A stretch of 64,000 nucleotides of DNA from the human T2T-CHM13v2.0 reference genome, Homo sapiens. The notes beneath the pieces were generated by a model. The model had not been told where the DNA came from and did not search any database. It saw nothing but the letters and a program-made list of their open reading frames with translations. A program made the position numbers and the translations under genes. Shown piece after piece: positions 51,329 through 64,000 of the stretch (positions are counted from its first letter, which is position 1; every line of letters starts with the position of its first letter). The stretch lies in NCBI RefSeq assembly GCF_009914755.1, contig NC_060932.1, one strand, 5' to 3'.

Positions 51329-52417
51329 TGTTGCAGGAAGTCAGGGACTCCAAACGGAGGGACCGGCTGAAGCCATGGCAGAAGAACGTGGATTGTGAAG
51401 ATTTCATGGACATTTATTAGTTCCCCAAATTAATACTTTTATAATTTCTTATGCCTGTCTCTACTGCAGTCTCTGAAAATAAATTGTGAAGATTTCATGG
51501 ACACTTATCACTTCCCCAATCAATACCCTTGTGATTTCCTATGCTTGTCTTTACTTTAATCTCTTAATCTCATCATCTTCGTAAACTGAGGAGGATGTAT
51601 GTTGCCTCGGGACCCTGGGATGATTGCGTTAACTGCACAAATTGTTGTAGAGCATGTGTGTTTGAACAATATGAAATCTGGACACCTTGAAAAAAGAACA
51701 GGATAACAGCAATGTTCAGGGAACAAGAGAGATAACCTTAAACTCTGACTGCCAGTGGGCCGGGTGGAACAGAGCCATATTTCTCTTCTTTCAAAAGCAA
51801 ATGGGAGAAATATTGATGAGTTCTTTTTCTCAGCAAGGAACATCCCTGAGAAAGAGAATGTGTCCCTGAGGGTAGGCCTTTAAAATGGCCACCTTGGGGG
51901 CGGCTGTCTTTTACGGTCGCAGCTGTAGGGTTGAAATAAGCCCCAGTCTCCTATAGCACTCCCAGGCTTATTAGGACGAGAAAATTCCCACCTAATAAAT
52001 TTTGGTCAGACCGGTTGTCTGCTCTCAAACCCTGTCTCCTGATAAGATGTTATCAATGACCATGCGTGCCTGAAACTTCATTAGCAATTTTAATTTCACC
52101 CCAGTCCTGTGGTCCTGTGATCTTGCCCTGCCTCCATTTGGCTTGTGATATTCTATTACCTTGTGAAGCATGTGATCTCTGTGACCCACACCCTGTTCAC
52201 ACACTCCCTCCCCTTTTGAAAATGACTAATAAAAACTTGCTGGTTTTGTGGCTTGTGGGACATCACGGAACCTGGTGACATGTGATGTCTCCCCTGGACA
52301 CCCAGCTTTAAAATTTCTCTCTCTTGTACTCTGTTCCTTTATTTCTCAGACCAGCCGACACTTAGGGAAAATAGAAAAGAACCTACATGAAATATCGGGG
52401 GTGGATTTTGCCCGATA
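51329..52417 (+). mobile_element. MER11 (MER11C-like) ERVK solo LTR
   Basis: Starts TGTTGCAGGAAGTCAGGGAC and ends CCCGATA; 1089 bp; imperfect 6-bp TSD aaggtt/aacgtt. Confidence 0.88.
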
Positions 52418-52877
52418 AACGTTCAGCTTTTGGTTCCCAAATAACCTCTAGTAATTGCCAGATCCAAAGGATGCACTGGTCCTTGTGAAAACTTTGTCCC
52501 CAAAGCATCCTGTACACACTCTCTTCCTGGGACACAATTCATACATTTAATCACCTGGTATTGAAGTCTCTTCTAAGGCCCTGGAGGACAGTGATTGTTT
52601 CTTGTTCTCCTTTGTACCCTCATGACTGGCACTGTGCCTGGCAAAGAAGGAATACATGGCCTTCTTTGAGTCACTTTCACACTATGCCATAAGGGGACCC
52701 AAATATAATTTTCTTTTGTTTCTATCAAATCACAATTAAGTACTTAATTAATTAAAAATTGCTGAAGAGCTGTTGCAAATTATTTTTGAATGGAGGCATG
52801 ATACAAGTAAAAATCACCACTTAGTATATAGTGTTTACGTAGCTGCTGGTGATATGAAGATGGATAAATTCTAGTTC

Positions 52878-53207
<330 letters not shown>

Positions 53208-56200
53208 TCTAGTTCTTACATTTTAGTAGCTCAGTCTGTTGGAGAGACCTGTCTGAACAAATTAATTATAAATCAGTAGTAATTACTGCAATAAATGCAT
53301 GAATGAAATGCTATGGAAGCATAGAATAAAGAGTAACTAGTTGTTTTAGGGGTTAAAGATGGCTTCAAAAAGGTGGCATTTGAAGGAGGAATGAAAAATT
53401 TCCAGGGGAGGATATTCCGAAGAGAGATGAAACCAATAGAAAATCCTATTGAAATCATAATGGCAACACAAGAATAAAAACTCAGATGTGTTTTAAGAAA
53501 AATGACATTTTAACAGAAACAGAATGCAGACAGGAAGTGGTTAAATACATTCAGTGAATAAGACTTGGGACTAAATGTACGTGTAAGGAAAATGATGGAC
53601 CTGGAACCACCACAAGGCCATCTCTCAGCAGACCCTGGGTCTCTCTTTTAGAAATGGGGTATCTGCACTCTTCAGATGATAATTGGAAATGTGGTCTGGG
53701 TTTTCTCAATGACAGGCTATTAATCTATATTTTAGTCAGGGTTTTGCTCTTTTGGATTAATATATAATGTCCTTGAAAGCCCTTAATGTTTTTCTTTATT
53801 TTTTTTTTTCCTGAGGAAAAAGAACTCTTTTAAAGGCTACATGATAGTGCTGGATTTAGCTCATTTTAACAAAGGTCACAGCATTTTTGAGTAGTAAACA
53901 CTATTACTAGATCTTTCCAGTATCTGGATGTTTGGCAGGCATACCTCCAGCTCTGGAATAAATGACTAGAGCTTCAGCGGCATATGACAGCTGTGGGCCT
54001 GTGAAGCCTGTGGGTATCTGGAAAGAGGCAGATGCATCCTGTTTCCCCATAACCACAGCCAAAAAGAGAATCAAGGCAAAAAGCTCCCTTTTACTTGAAT
54101 CAACCAAACTACTGAGCAAGTTTAAAGTTTGTCTGTTCTACTGGTTTCAATTTGGCCTTAGAAACCAAATGGGTAATAGGAGATTTATTTGAGAAGCTGC
54201 TGTCAGGAATCTAGGATTACTTTCAGTTGCAACTCAGAAACACCTGGATTCAATTCTTAGGGTATTTCCTCCTGTGATGATAATATCAGCAATTAACATA
54301 CTTGTATTTATAAAGCTTATTCTTCAGGGAGTACTCAACCCTTGGGAAAGGTCAGCTAATTAATTTCTGCAGTGTTTCAGATTAAACTGTTGCATGTTTT
54401 ATGACCTTGAAGATTACAGTGATTATTAAGTCACAAAATATTAAATCACTTTTGCAAGGACTCCCAGGAAGGAAATGATAGAAAACAGGCAAAGAACTCA
54501 GGTCTCGTATGTTCTGAGAAGTGTTTCCACCACTGCCCAAGAGCAAGATCCTCAGAGGATCACCTTAACAAATAATCAGTCGTTAAACAAGGAGAAAAAA
54601 ATTAAAAAGAGAAGCCACATTAACAACAGAGAAATAACATGTTTCAACATTCCAAAGAAACCCTAACAATGCTAATATGAAGTCATCTAAAATTATCCAT
54701 ATTTCCAGAACACAAAGATAACTTCTTAGCAGCTATGAAATTAGAGACTGGAAATTTCTTCTGTGACGTGGTATAAAGATCACTGGACCCCGATCCGTGG
54801 AGACCCAGGTTTGAATGTTGTCCCTATAATTCATTAGCAATGGTGTCCTGGGAAAGATATAGTACTTGGCATCTTGGGATAGCAATTTTCTCAGTTATGA
54901 AATGAATATATTAATAACTGCCTGACAGGGTACTCTTCTATTCATCATATGAGCCAGTATCTCAGTTCCAGACACCATCATCTTTCACTTGAGCCACCAC
55001 AGTTGACTTCTAACTGGACTCTATTCATTCTTGCTCCTCTACTGTATCTTTTCCACATAGCTGTTGAAGTCGTCTTTTAAAATAATAATTCAGAGTGTGT
55101 CATTCTTTTGCCTAAAACCCTCTACTGGCATTCATTCATATTTAGAAAAAGACATAAATTCCTATCATGGCGTAAAAGACCATGTTATCTGGGTCTTGCT
55201 CACCTATTTGGCTTCATCTCCCCAGTGTTCTTATTCACTGTACTCCAGCCATATTGACCTTTCTACCCCTTGACCAGACAAACTTGCTTTACCTCTAGCC
55301 CTTTGGTAATCAGGCTCTTCACCCAATTCTGAATGGCTGATCCTTTTCTCTTTCAAATCTCAGGTCAAATATTATCTCCCTAGAGAGGTCATTCCTGACC
55401 ACTGCATCTAAGTTGTGTCCTGTTACTTTCTAACCACTTTTTCCTTCATAGTAGTTATTACAGTGTGAATTCATCTTGTCTAGCTAATTAACTATTTATT
55501 ATTAGTTTTCCCTGACTGGACTATAAACTCTGTTAGGGGCCATATCTTGTCTAATATTTTTATATAGTTTATTCCTAGAGTTAAGAGCAATACCTGACAA
55601 TCTAGCACGTACCAGGCACTCCATAAATATTTTTTGGTTGAATAATGAATAAATGTGATAATGCATATAGAAGTGTTTAGCTCACAAAATGCTTAAATTT
55701 GCTGTCTATATTTTTCCTCTTGGGGAGTTTCTTGTTCTAGGATAAACTTTTCCTGGCCAATAAGAAGCAATGGTAAAAATAATTGATATTTATTGAGTTG
55801 TTAATAGATGCCAGGCAGTGTTCTAAGTGCTTTTAGTGAATTAACTCATTTACCAACACTTTAAGATATGTTCTATTATTATCCTAATTATTAAGGTGAG
55901 GAAACTGAGGAACAGTGGGGACAAGTAACAGAGGAAAAAAGCCAGTAGTGGTGAAACTGGAGTTTAAACTCAGGAAATTTGGTCCCACAGCTATGATCAC
56001 ATCACTAGCCTACGCAAGACCCCCTTGTTAGCAAGGCTTTCAAGTTTTCCAACAATCTGGTAACAATGAACCCTCCAAACCTCTTCTCTCATTTACTAAT
56101 TCATTTGCACATCCATTCAACATATACTGGGAACCTGCTTTACGCCAGGCACTGCTCTAGGTCCTGGACTAAAGAGCTGAATGACCCAGTTCTTTTCCTT

Positions 56201-56351
56201 AGGTCGCTTTGGTGAAGGGATGAATAAAAATATGAAAATCCTTATTTTACGAATGCTCTCAGCACAATCAAACCTTTGATAAATCTGAGCGGGAACTTAT
56301 TTTACTACCTAAGACTTTTCTTTTATGACAAATGATGGACTTCAATATTTA

Positions 56352-56489
<138 letters not shown>

Positions 56490-58424
56490 CTACATTTTAA
56501 ATATAAAGAGGAAATGGTAGTTACTTTATTCTTGATAATTATGCTGTAAATTAAGAAATATAAATTCTTTTAGAGGAGTAAATATAAATGAAGGAAGCAA
56601 AGAACATTAGTGTAAAATTAATTATCTTAAGACCTAAAGTATTTACAGACATGGGTTGAACATATCATGTGAAAGAAAATGATTAGGAAGATGATACTTC
56701 TCAACACGTGAGTACTGTTTGCCTCCCTTGGATACATGAAGATATTTCAGTTAGCACATTGCTTTAGGAAGGACCCTGGGTAGAGGAAGTAATTGATTTT
56801 AAGCATGGTCGAACCTGGCTTTGATGACCACCACTATGCTTGGAAGAAGTTGCTTGGTCTAGCCAAAGAGCATAGACTGCAGCCTTTCAAAGGTCAATTC
56901 TATTCATCTACCCATGGCATTGAGGTCTGATTTGGGGAATTGGGGCATAGGAGATCTTTGAGTTATTATTAGTATTCCATACTGAGATAAAGTATTAATG
57001 CAGCAGGTTGTTTTACTCAGTTCTTGCCTATCTTTGGGGACTCTTGGGACCAGGGCAATGATCTTTGTTCAAGCCCTAAGAATTAAACTCCTGGAATGTT
57101 CACATAGCCACTGGTTAATGGTGTTATTCTATATTCCTGAGCCAGTATAGCAGGATGTATCAGGCTGTCAACACTATTTAATATAATCACAAAGATTTAT
57201 GATGTGTACCTTGTACATAGTTTGAAAGTCTGAATCATGTCTGGTCATGCAGCTATATGCGCCATTTAAGAACATTGGACCCAAGACTAATATGAGCTTC
57301 CACCGGTGGAGATATTTTGCTCATGTTTCTGTGGTCCACTGGAGAGAAAAATGCATCCATGTGACCCTCATAGAAATAGGACCTAGTAAGCCTGTGTCTG
57401 ATTTCTCTCGTGTTTGCCCATGTATATCTTTTTCTTGCTATTCTTGCATTTTATCCTTTGCTATAATAAATCTTAAGCCATAAATATAACTTTATGTTGA
57501 ATTATATGAGTTCTTACAAGTAAATCACCAAACTAGTGGGTGGTTATGAGGCCCTTGGAACACATCTTCTCTAACTTCCAAAAAGAATAGATGTCTTACA
57601 AGAGACCTAAATGGCACTTAGGTCAAGAAAGGCTGTTAAACTCTAAATAGGCCAGATTGCATAACACTAGGCAAACTATTTGGCTAGTAGTACCTACATG
57701 TCTGAATGAGCAGTGCCTTGATCACCTTGAGCTATAAAAAAAAATAGCATTAATACAATAAATTCACTTACTTGGCTTAGGAGGGGACTGGGTTATTTGA
57801 GTTAATCAAATATTCTCATTAACCATACTTTGAAAGAATTAGAATACACTAAAATCAACTCGAGATTAAAAGATTTATTTTTTATTTTTAAAAATATTTA
57901 GCCTACATCATTCTTTGGAAGAAAAAAATATTGATTGTAGTTTACTCTCTGAGATGGCTGAGAGAATGTCTACTTTGTTGCAGTGCTGAACGCAGGCTTG
58001 ACATATAGGAAACACTCATTTATGAATGAGGAAAATATAACTTAACTATTCTCTGGGAGATTCTAAAGTCTTTCCTTACACCTAGGTTTATTTTCCTGAA
58101 CATCAACTATTGTTGCTTTATAATTGCTGGGTTGTGTTTAAAGTTATCAGACTCCACCTTTTAGTTAACATCCAGGAAGCTGAAATTCTTATTTTATCTC
58201 CCCATTACTCTTATAAGGAAGGTAGAGTAAGTACTATTATTTCCTTTTTACAAAAATTAAAACAAAGGCACAGATTGGCTTAGCCAATTAGCTAAAGTTA
58301 TATGACTCGGTAATTAGAAGCGAAGGAAGCCTAGAACCCACATCTCCTAACTGAGCAATGCAAGAAATACGTTTAAGTTTTGCATTGTGTAAAATACATT
58401 TTTAAATTAAAATTTTGGGGTTGG

Positions 58425-58726
58425 TTTTTTTTTTTTTTTTTTTTGAGACAGGGTCTTGCTCTGTTCCCCAGGCTAGAGTGCAGTGGGCATGATCTCAGCT
58501 CACTGCAACCTCTGCTTCCTGGGTTCAAGTGATCCTCCCACCTCAGCCTCCTGAGTAGCTGGGACCACAGGCATAAGCCACCATGCCTGGCTAATTTTTG
58601 TATTTATTGTAGAGACAGGGTTTTGCCATGTTGTCCAGGCTTGTCTTGAACTCCTGGACTTATGTGATCCTGCCACCTTGGCCTCCCAAAGTGTTGGAAT
58701 TACAGTCGTGAGCCACTGCACCTGGC
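58425..58726 (-). mobile_element. AluJ-like element, sense to CNGB3
   Basis: gatcctcccacctcagcc and gggttttgccatgttgtccagg J-type features. Confidence 0.85.
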
Positions 58727-59791
58727 CTGTGCAAAATATTAAGCATATATTTATACTCAAAAACAGATAAAAGTAGAAATTCCAATATAGATGGATCTTA
58801 TATTTATTTACATACTATTAATGCTAATAACAATATCATGTCTTTGCATATTACTTTAAAAAATCATTACATTATCTGACATTTACATAGCTCCTTATTT
58901 TAATTCCTATATTTGTTCTAGCAGAACATGCTACTTTATAGCTGTAAAGCATCTCATAGATATTAATTCATCTAATTCTTGCAAAAATCCGAGTGAAGTC
59001 AAGTAGGAAACGTATCATTACTCTTATTTAACAATTGGCAGTCGAGGTTTAAAAAATTAAGTGTCTTGAGCAAACTTATAAGGCTCGCAGGTGACAGCGC
59101 CAGAACTAGCAGCACCTATGTCATCTGACTCTATATAATACATGAAGACAGACCACATCTAACGGTGACTCCAATATCAGAACTGATCTCTTAAAAACCA
59201 ATGAAATAGCCATGAATGAATTAAAAAATAAGGCAAGATATCTGAAAATTAGTTTTCCAAGAGATACTTTAGGAAGTAATGATGAGGACAGGGTCATATT
59301 CCTTATTCTTTGCGTGAAGTAATTCTCAAGGAACTGGAATGATTTTTCAAAGGCAGTTATTACAACTGACTGGAGGTAGAAGTACATAGTGGGTACTTAA
59401 ATACAGTTCAGCTCTTTTAATTATTTTTTAATGATCATTTCAATAATTTTCCAAGGAGATCTGGCATAATCAACGAACCAAAACTTCCACTATTTCTTGC
59501 ATATTTCTAGGCTAATTTAAGCCTTTTCTGCAAGTTTAATTAGCATTCAAATTAAGTAGACATTCCTCAGAGAATAAGGGCTGACAGCATGTGCAAAATA
59601 AGATTGAACCAAGCTCTGGTTGTTAGCGTGTGGACTAATTTGGAGAAAGTATGAAAAAACAAGAGCTTCATGTAGAGTGAGGTAACCCCTGGAGATAGCG
59701 CCCTTCAAAATTTCAGGGTTTCTGTGTAGGAAGCTATTTCTAAGGCTCATGAGGGCTTTATGACACTCAAGGGCACCCCAACAGAAAAGAG

Positions 59792-59975
59792 CAGTGCTAC
59801 TCAAAGTGTGGTTCCTGGGTCAGCAGCATCAGCATCACTAGGAGCTTGTTTAGAGGTGCAAATTCTCAGTTTACTGAGAGTTCTTACTGCAGAAATATGA
59901 ATCAGAATTTTTGGGAATGAGGTCCCAGAAATTGGTGCTTTAACAAGAGCTCTAGGTGATTTCTGCCCTGCCATA
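59792..59975. mobile_element. MER5A-type hAT MITE
   Basis: cagtgctactcaaagtgtggttcctgggtcagcagcatcagcatcac...ttaacaagagctctaggtgatt. Confidence 0.75.
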
Positions 59976-60307
59976 GAGCATCTGAAGAAAACTCCCACTC
60001 TTTCAACCAGCCCAAGCTACCACTCAGTCAATTTCTGAACCATCCTGGGGATTAAGTAGGTCAGCAAACTTGGCCCCAAATGCTGTCATCTCTTAAATTA
60101 TATAGATAACCTCAAATTGAACGTATTTTTTTCCTTCCCCTTGCCTTCAATATTTTGTGAAAACGATAAGCAAAACAAAGCTGACTTCAGCTGTCTCAAG
60201 TCCTGTCAAGTAACAGCCTTTCTTCTCTGTCAATATCTACTATCATGTAAATCCACTCTTAAAGAAATGTGACTTGTCATTCTAGCGTCTCCTTGTTTCT
60301 ACTCTCC

Positions 60308-61315
60308 TGTGGGCGGCAAGCCACCCAGGTGCCGAGGCAAGAGACCGAGGACACAAGCTGTTCCAGTATAATAAAATATAAAATAAGAATAGTTATACCA
60401 GATATAGATCTTAGATATGATTATATATGAATATCATTAGTCATGAGTTTGTAGCAATTACTCTTTATTCCAATATTATAATAATCCTCGCTCTATAATC
60501 ATAACCTAGGGAAAACCAGGCCATGCAGACATAGGAGCTGAGGGGACACAGTGAGAAGTGACCAGAAGACAAGAGTGCGAGCCTTCTGTTATGCCCAGAC
60601 AGGGCCACCAGAAGGGCTCCTTGGTCTAACGGTGACGCCAGCGTCTGGGAAGACGCCCGTTGCCAGGTGGACCGTGGTCTAGCAGTAGCAAAAAGTGTCA
60701 AGGAACAACACCCGCTACTTAGCAGACTGGGAAAGGGAGTCTCCTTTTCCCTGGGGGAGTTTAGAGAAGACTCTGCTCCTCCACCTCTTGTGGAGGACCT
60801 GACATCAGTCAGGCTCACCCGCAGTTATCCGGAGGCCTAACCGTCTCCCTGTGATGCTGTGCTTCAGTGGTCAGGCTCCTAGTCTGCCTTCATGTTCCAT
60901 CCTGTACACCTAGCTCTGCCTTCTAAATAGCAGTAGTAAATTAGTGACAGTATTAAAAGTCTCTGATATGCAGAAATAATAGCATAAGCTGTCTTTCTCT
61001 CTGTCTCCTCTCCCTCTCTGCCTCGGCAGCTAGGCAGGGAAGGGACCCCTGTCCAGTGGACATGTGACCCACGTGACCTTACCTATCATTGGAGATGACT
61101 CACACTCTTTACCCTGCCCCTTTTGCTTTGTATCCAATAAATAACAGCACAGCCAGACATTCGGGGCCACTACCGGTCTCCGCGCATTGGTGGTAGTGGT
61201 CCCCCGGGCCCAGCTGTCTTTTCTTCTATCTCCTAGTCTTGTGTCTTTATTTCTACACTCTCTCATCGCCGCACACAGGGAGAAGCCCACCGACCCTGTG
61301 GGGCTGGTCCCTGCA
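60308..61315 (+). mobile_element. LTR13 ERVK solo LTR
   Basis: Starts TGTGGGCGGCAAGCCACCCAGG and ends GGTCCCTGCA; 1008 bp; perfect 6-bp TSD ctctcc. Confidence 0.9.
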
Positions 61316-63753
61316 CTCTCCCACCTACTTAATTCCTTTTCCTGCCTTATTTGTCTCCACTGATGTTTTTGTTATTGAGTGATGAATGTGATGTGAAGAA
61401 GAAATTAGAAATGAAAAGGCTGCATCTACTCTGCATTTCATACTTTGTTAAACAAATTTGCACTGCTTAGGGGCACAGGTGCTAGAGTTTATGTGAGTTA
61501 TCACAGTTTTCAATCTCTGTTGCTACTGGCCCCAAATGAAAGGACATGTTGTGGTGCATTAAAGTCATGTCATTTCAGTACACCACTGCCCCCAAGGGGT
61601 TCTTGGACTGCACTATGGCTTGTATTTCCCATTTCAATAAAATTGATTTCATATCACCAATCTGCCTTCTTTTAACTTGGACTAATTTGTGTGGGATTGT
61701 ATATTCTTGCTTCCCATTTTATCATAATCTCTCTTCCATTTTCCCCCTTCATCTCTGAAAGCTCATTCTCAGTTGCTCTCTCTGACTTTTCTTCATTGAT
61801 CTCTTCAAACACTAGAGCTCTTCAAAGTTAGAGGCAAGGCCCTCTTCTCTGACCTTTCCTTGAGCTTTTCTTGAAGTCTGCTTCCTTTATATTACAGTTC
61901 CCAGTAAACCCCAGTTCCATCCTCTCTCATTAGACTGATTTTCACTGTGTACTTGGCATCTCCACCTGATGCCTTGAAGTACCTCATACTCCATTTGACT
62001 TTGTCGTTCACCACAGTCTCCATCACTCACTTGCTTCCGTTCCTTGGATATGCCAAGCTCCATCTTGCCTCTCAGCTCATGGCTCCAAGTCTTCATAAAA
62101 AATGCCATCCTGTCCACATTTTTTTTTTAAACTAAAGAACTATTTATCTTTAGATTTTTCAAAGGTCACTCCTGACAACCTAATAACCTCCCCATCTCCC
62201 AACCCTGGATCTAAATTAAGTGTCTTTGCCACTACATACTCTTCTGGCAACTTCTATTTTCCCTTTATACAACTTAGCACATTTTGGAATTATGTATTGA
62301 CTTAATTTCACTTGTTTATAGCTTGTCTCTCGCATGAAGCCAGTGGTTCTCAGTTTTGGCTGCATTTTAGAATGATATAGGAGTTTTAAATAATACTGGT
62401 ATATGGCCTCCATCTAGACCAAATCAATCACTGAGGGGTGGAGCCCAGACGTCTTCATTCAGGTGATTCTGATGTGCACTGTGAATTGAATACCACAGCA
62501 CTAGAAAGGTAGGCCCCTAAAGGACAAGAACCATCTTTTTTTTGCTCAGTGCCCTCCACTGTTTCTGGCTCATCATATTGAGAAATATTTACTGAGTTTT
62601 GTGGAATAAATCATTCTAAAATTGTTCTAACATTTACCTTATTATAGTTCTCTGCACTCCCTCTATAGACACAGTTCCTTCCTTTTTGCCTTAGCTCACA
62701 TTCTTTCCTCTACCCAGAACACCTATTTCCTCTTTTACTTGGTGTACTCCAATTCATTTTTCAAGACTTAGCTCAGACATCATCTTCTCTAGGAAATCTT
62801 ACCGTAACCAGGAAGGACAGGTGCCCCTCCTTTGTGTCTTACAACAGCGTGTGCTTGCTTTGACCATAGCATTTAACACATTATTTTGAAATGATAAAAG
62901 TGCCTCTCATCTTTGTTCGCTTGTGAACTCACCAAGGTGTTGGATCATCTTGCATTTTTTGAACTACTCATTTTTCTTTTTAAATTTTGATTATTGAGTT
63001 TATCTTTGGTTGAGTCTGTCATGATATAAATCCCAGGGTCATCATTCCTTTCCTCTCCCTTAAGTTAGTGATCAGAAATATGCAAAAATATTTATCTGAG
63101 GGGATGTTCTTTTTATTTATAATAGCAAACATTTGAAAATTGATCCTGATACATCCATAGACTGAAACATCATGCAGCTTTAAAAAATCATATTGTAGAT
63201 TACTTAATACATAGTGTTCATATGATATATTGTTACATGACAAAACATGTTTCAGAACATATGTACAGTATGATGCCACTTTTATAGCACAAGCTTTATC
63301 TATCCATCAGTCAGTATAAAAAGATAGGCCAAAATATATGAAGAGTGGTTATTATTGGATGGTGGTATTTATGTCCTTATGTTTTTATGTGTTTTCTATT
63401 TTAAAATAATGAACATGCATTATTTTGTAATCATAAAAAGCACAGTACAGTTTTTTAAAATGTGGCATTGATTATTCACTACTTGGGAGAGCAAAATGAA
63501 GGTAACTGATATTTTGCCGAAGACATAAAAAAGGCTGAACCACCTATCGCTTCTGTAACTTTTTCCTCCACTTTAAATATTTGAAATTAATAAGCTGTGA
63601 CGATTGATAATTAACATTTAAACAGAGCAGTTTTTCAGACTACCCACACTTCTATCCTATAATATAAGTAATGAAATCCATATTGTCTTGTTCCTTTGTG
63701 AACTCTGAGAGCACGTTATTGCTGTACAGAGCTATATATCATAATTATTTCTA

Positions 63754-63948
<195 letters not shown>

Positions 63949-64000
63949 CTATATAAAAAGAAAAATAATTCTTATAGAAACAACTAAAGGCCAATATTCC

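Noticed and set aside
57010-57545. LTR-like segment with AATAAA and a terminal ...ggaaca
   Set aside because: Probably an old ERV LTR, but I cannot assign family or boundaries by eye.

Overview
Human (primate) genomic DNA containing the 3' ends of two convergent multi-exon genes. CPNE3 (copine-3, + strand) contributes its last six coding exons (vWA domain) and a ~3.1 kb 3'UTR. CNGB3 (cone CNG channel beta subunit, - strand) contributes its last five coding exons (cyclic-nucleotide-binding domain and C-terminal tail) and a ~1.9 kb 3'UTR. All exon boundaries were read from the sequence as GT-AG junctions that keep the reading frame. The ~25 kb CNGB3 intron (31497-56370) holds a full-length but inactivated L1PA2/3-type LINE-1 and a processed MIOX pseudogene, both sense to CNGB3, plus a MER11 solo LTR; the next intron holds an LTR13 solo LTR. 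The rest is Alu, MaLR LTRs, DNA-transposon relics and old L1/L2/MIR. I see no new multi-gene system. The most unusual observations are: (i) the MIOX retrocopy and the adjacent Alu sit inside one target-site duplication, suggesting a single chimeric retroposition; (ii) the retrocopy offers a latent, in-frame alternative last exon for CNGB3; (iii) two latent pseudoexons, each one base from activation; (iv) an L1 whose lesions leave a stop/restart ORF1 and an intact endonuclease-only ORF2 fragment; (v) a non-reference-looking CNGB3 haplotype (Gly755). Repeat subfamily names and known-variant labels are from memory and need database confirmation.
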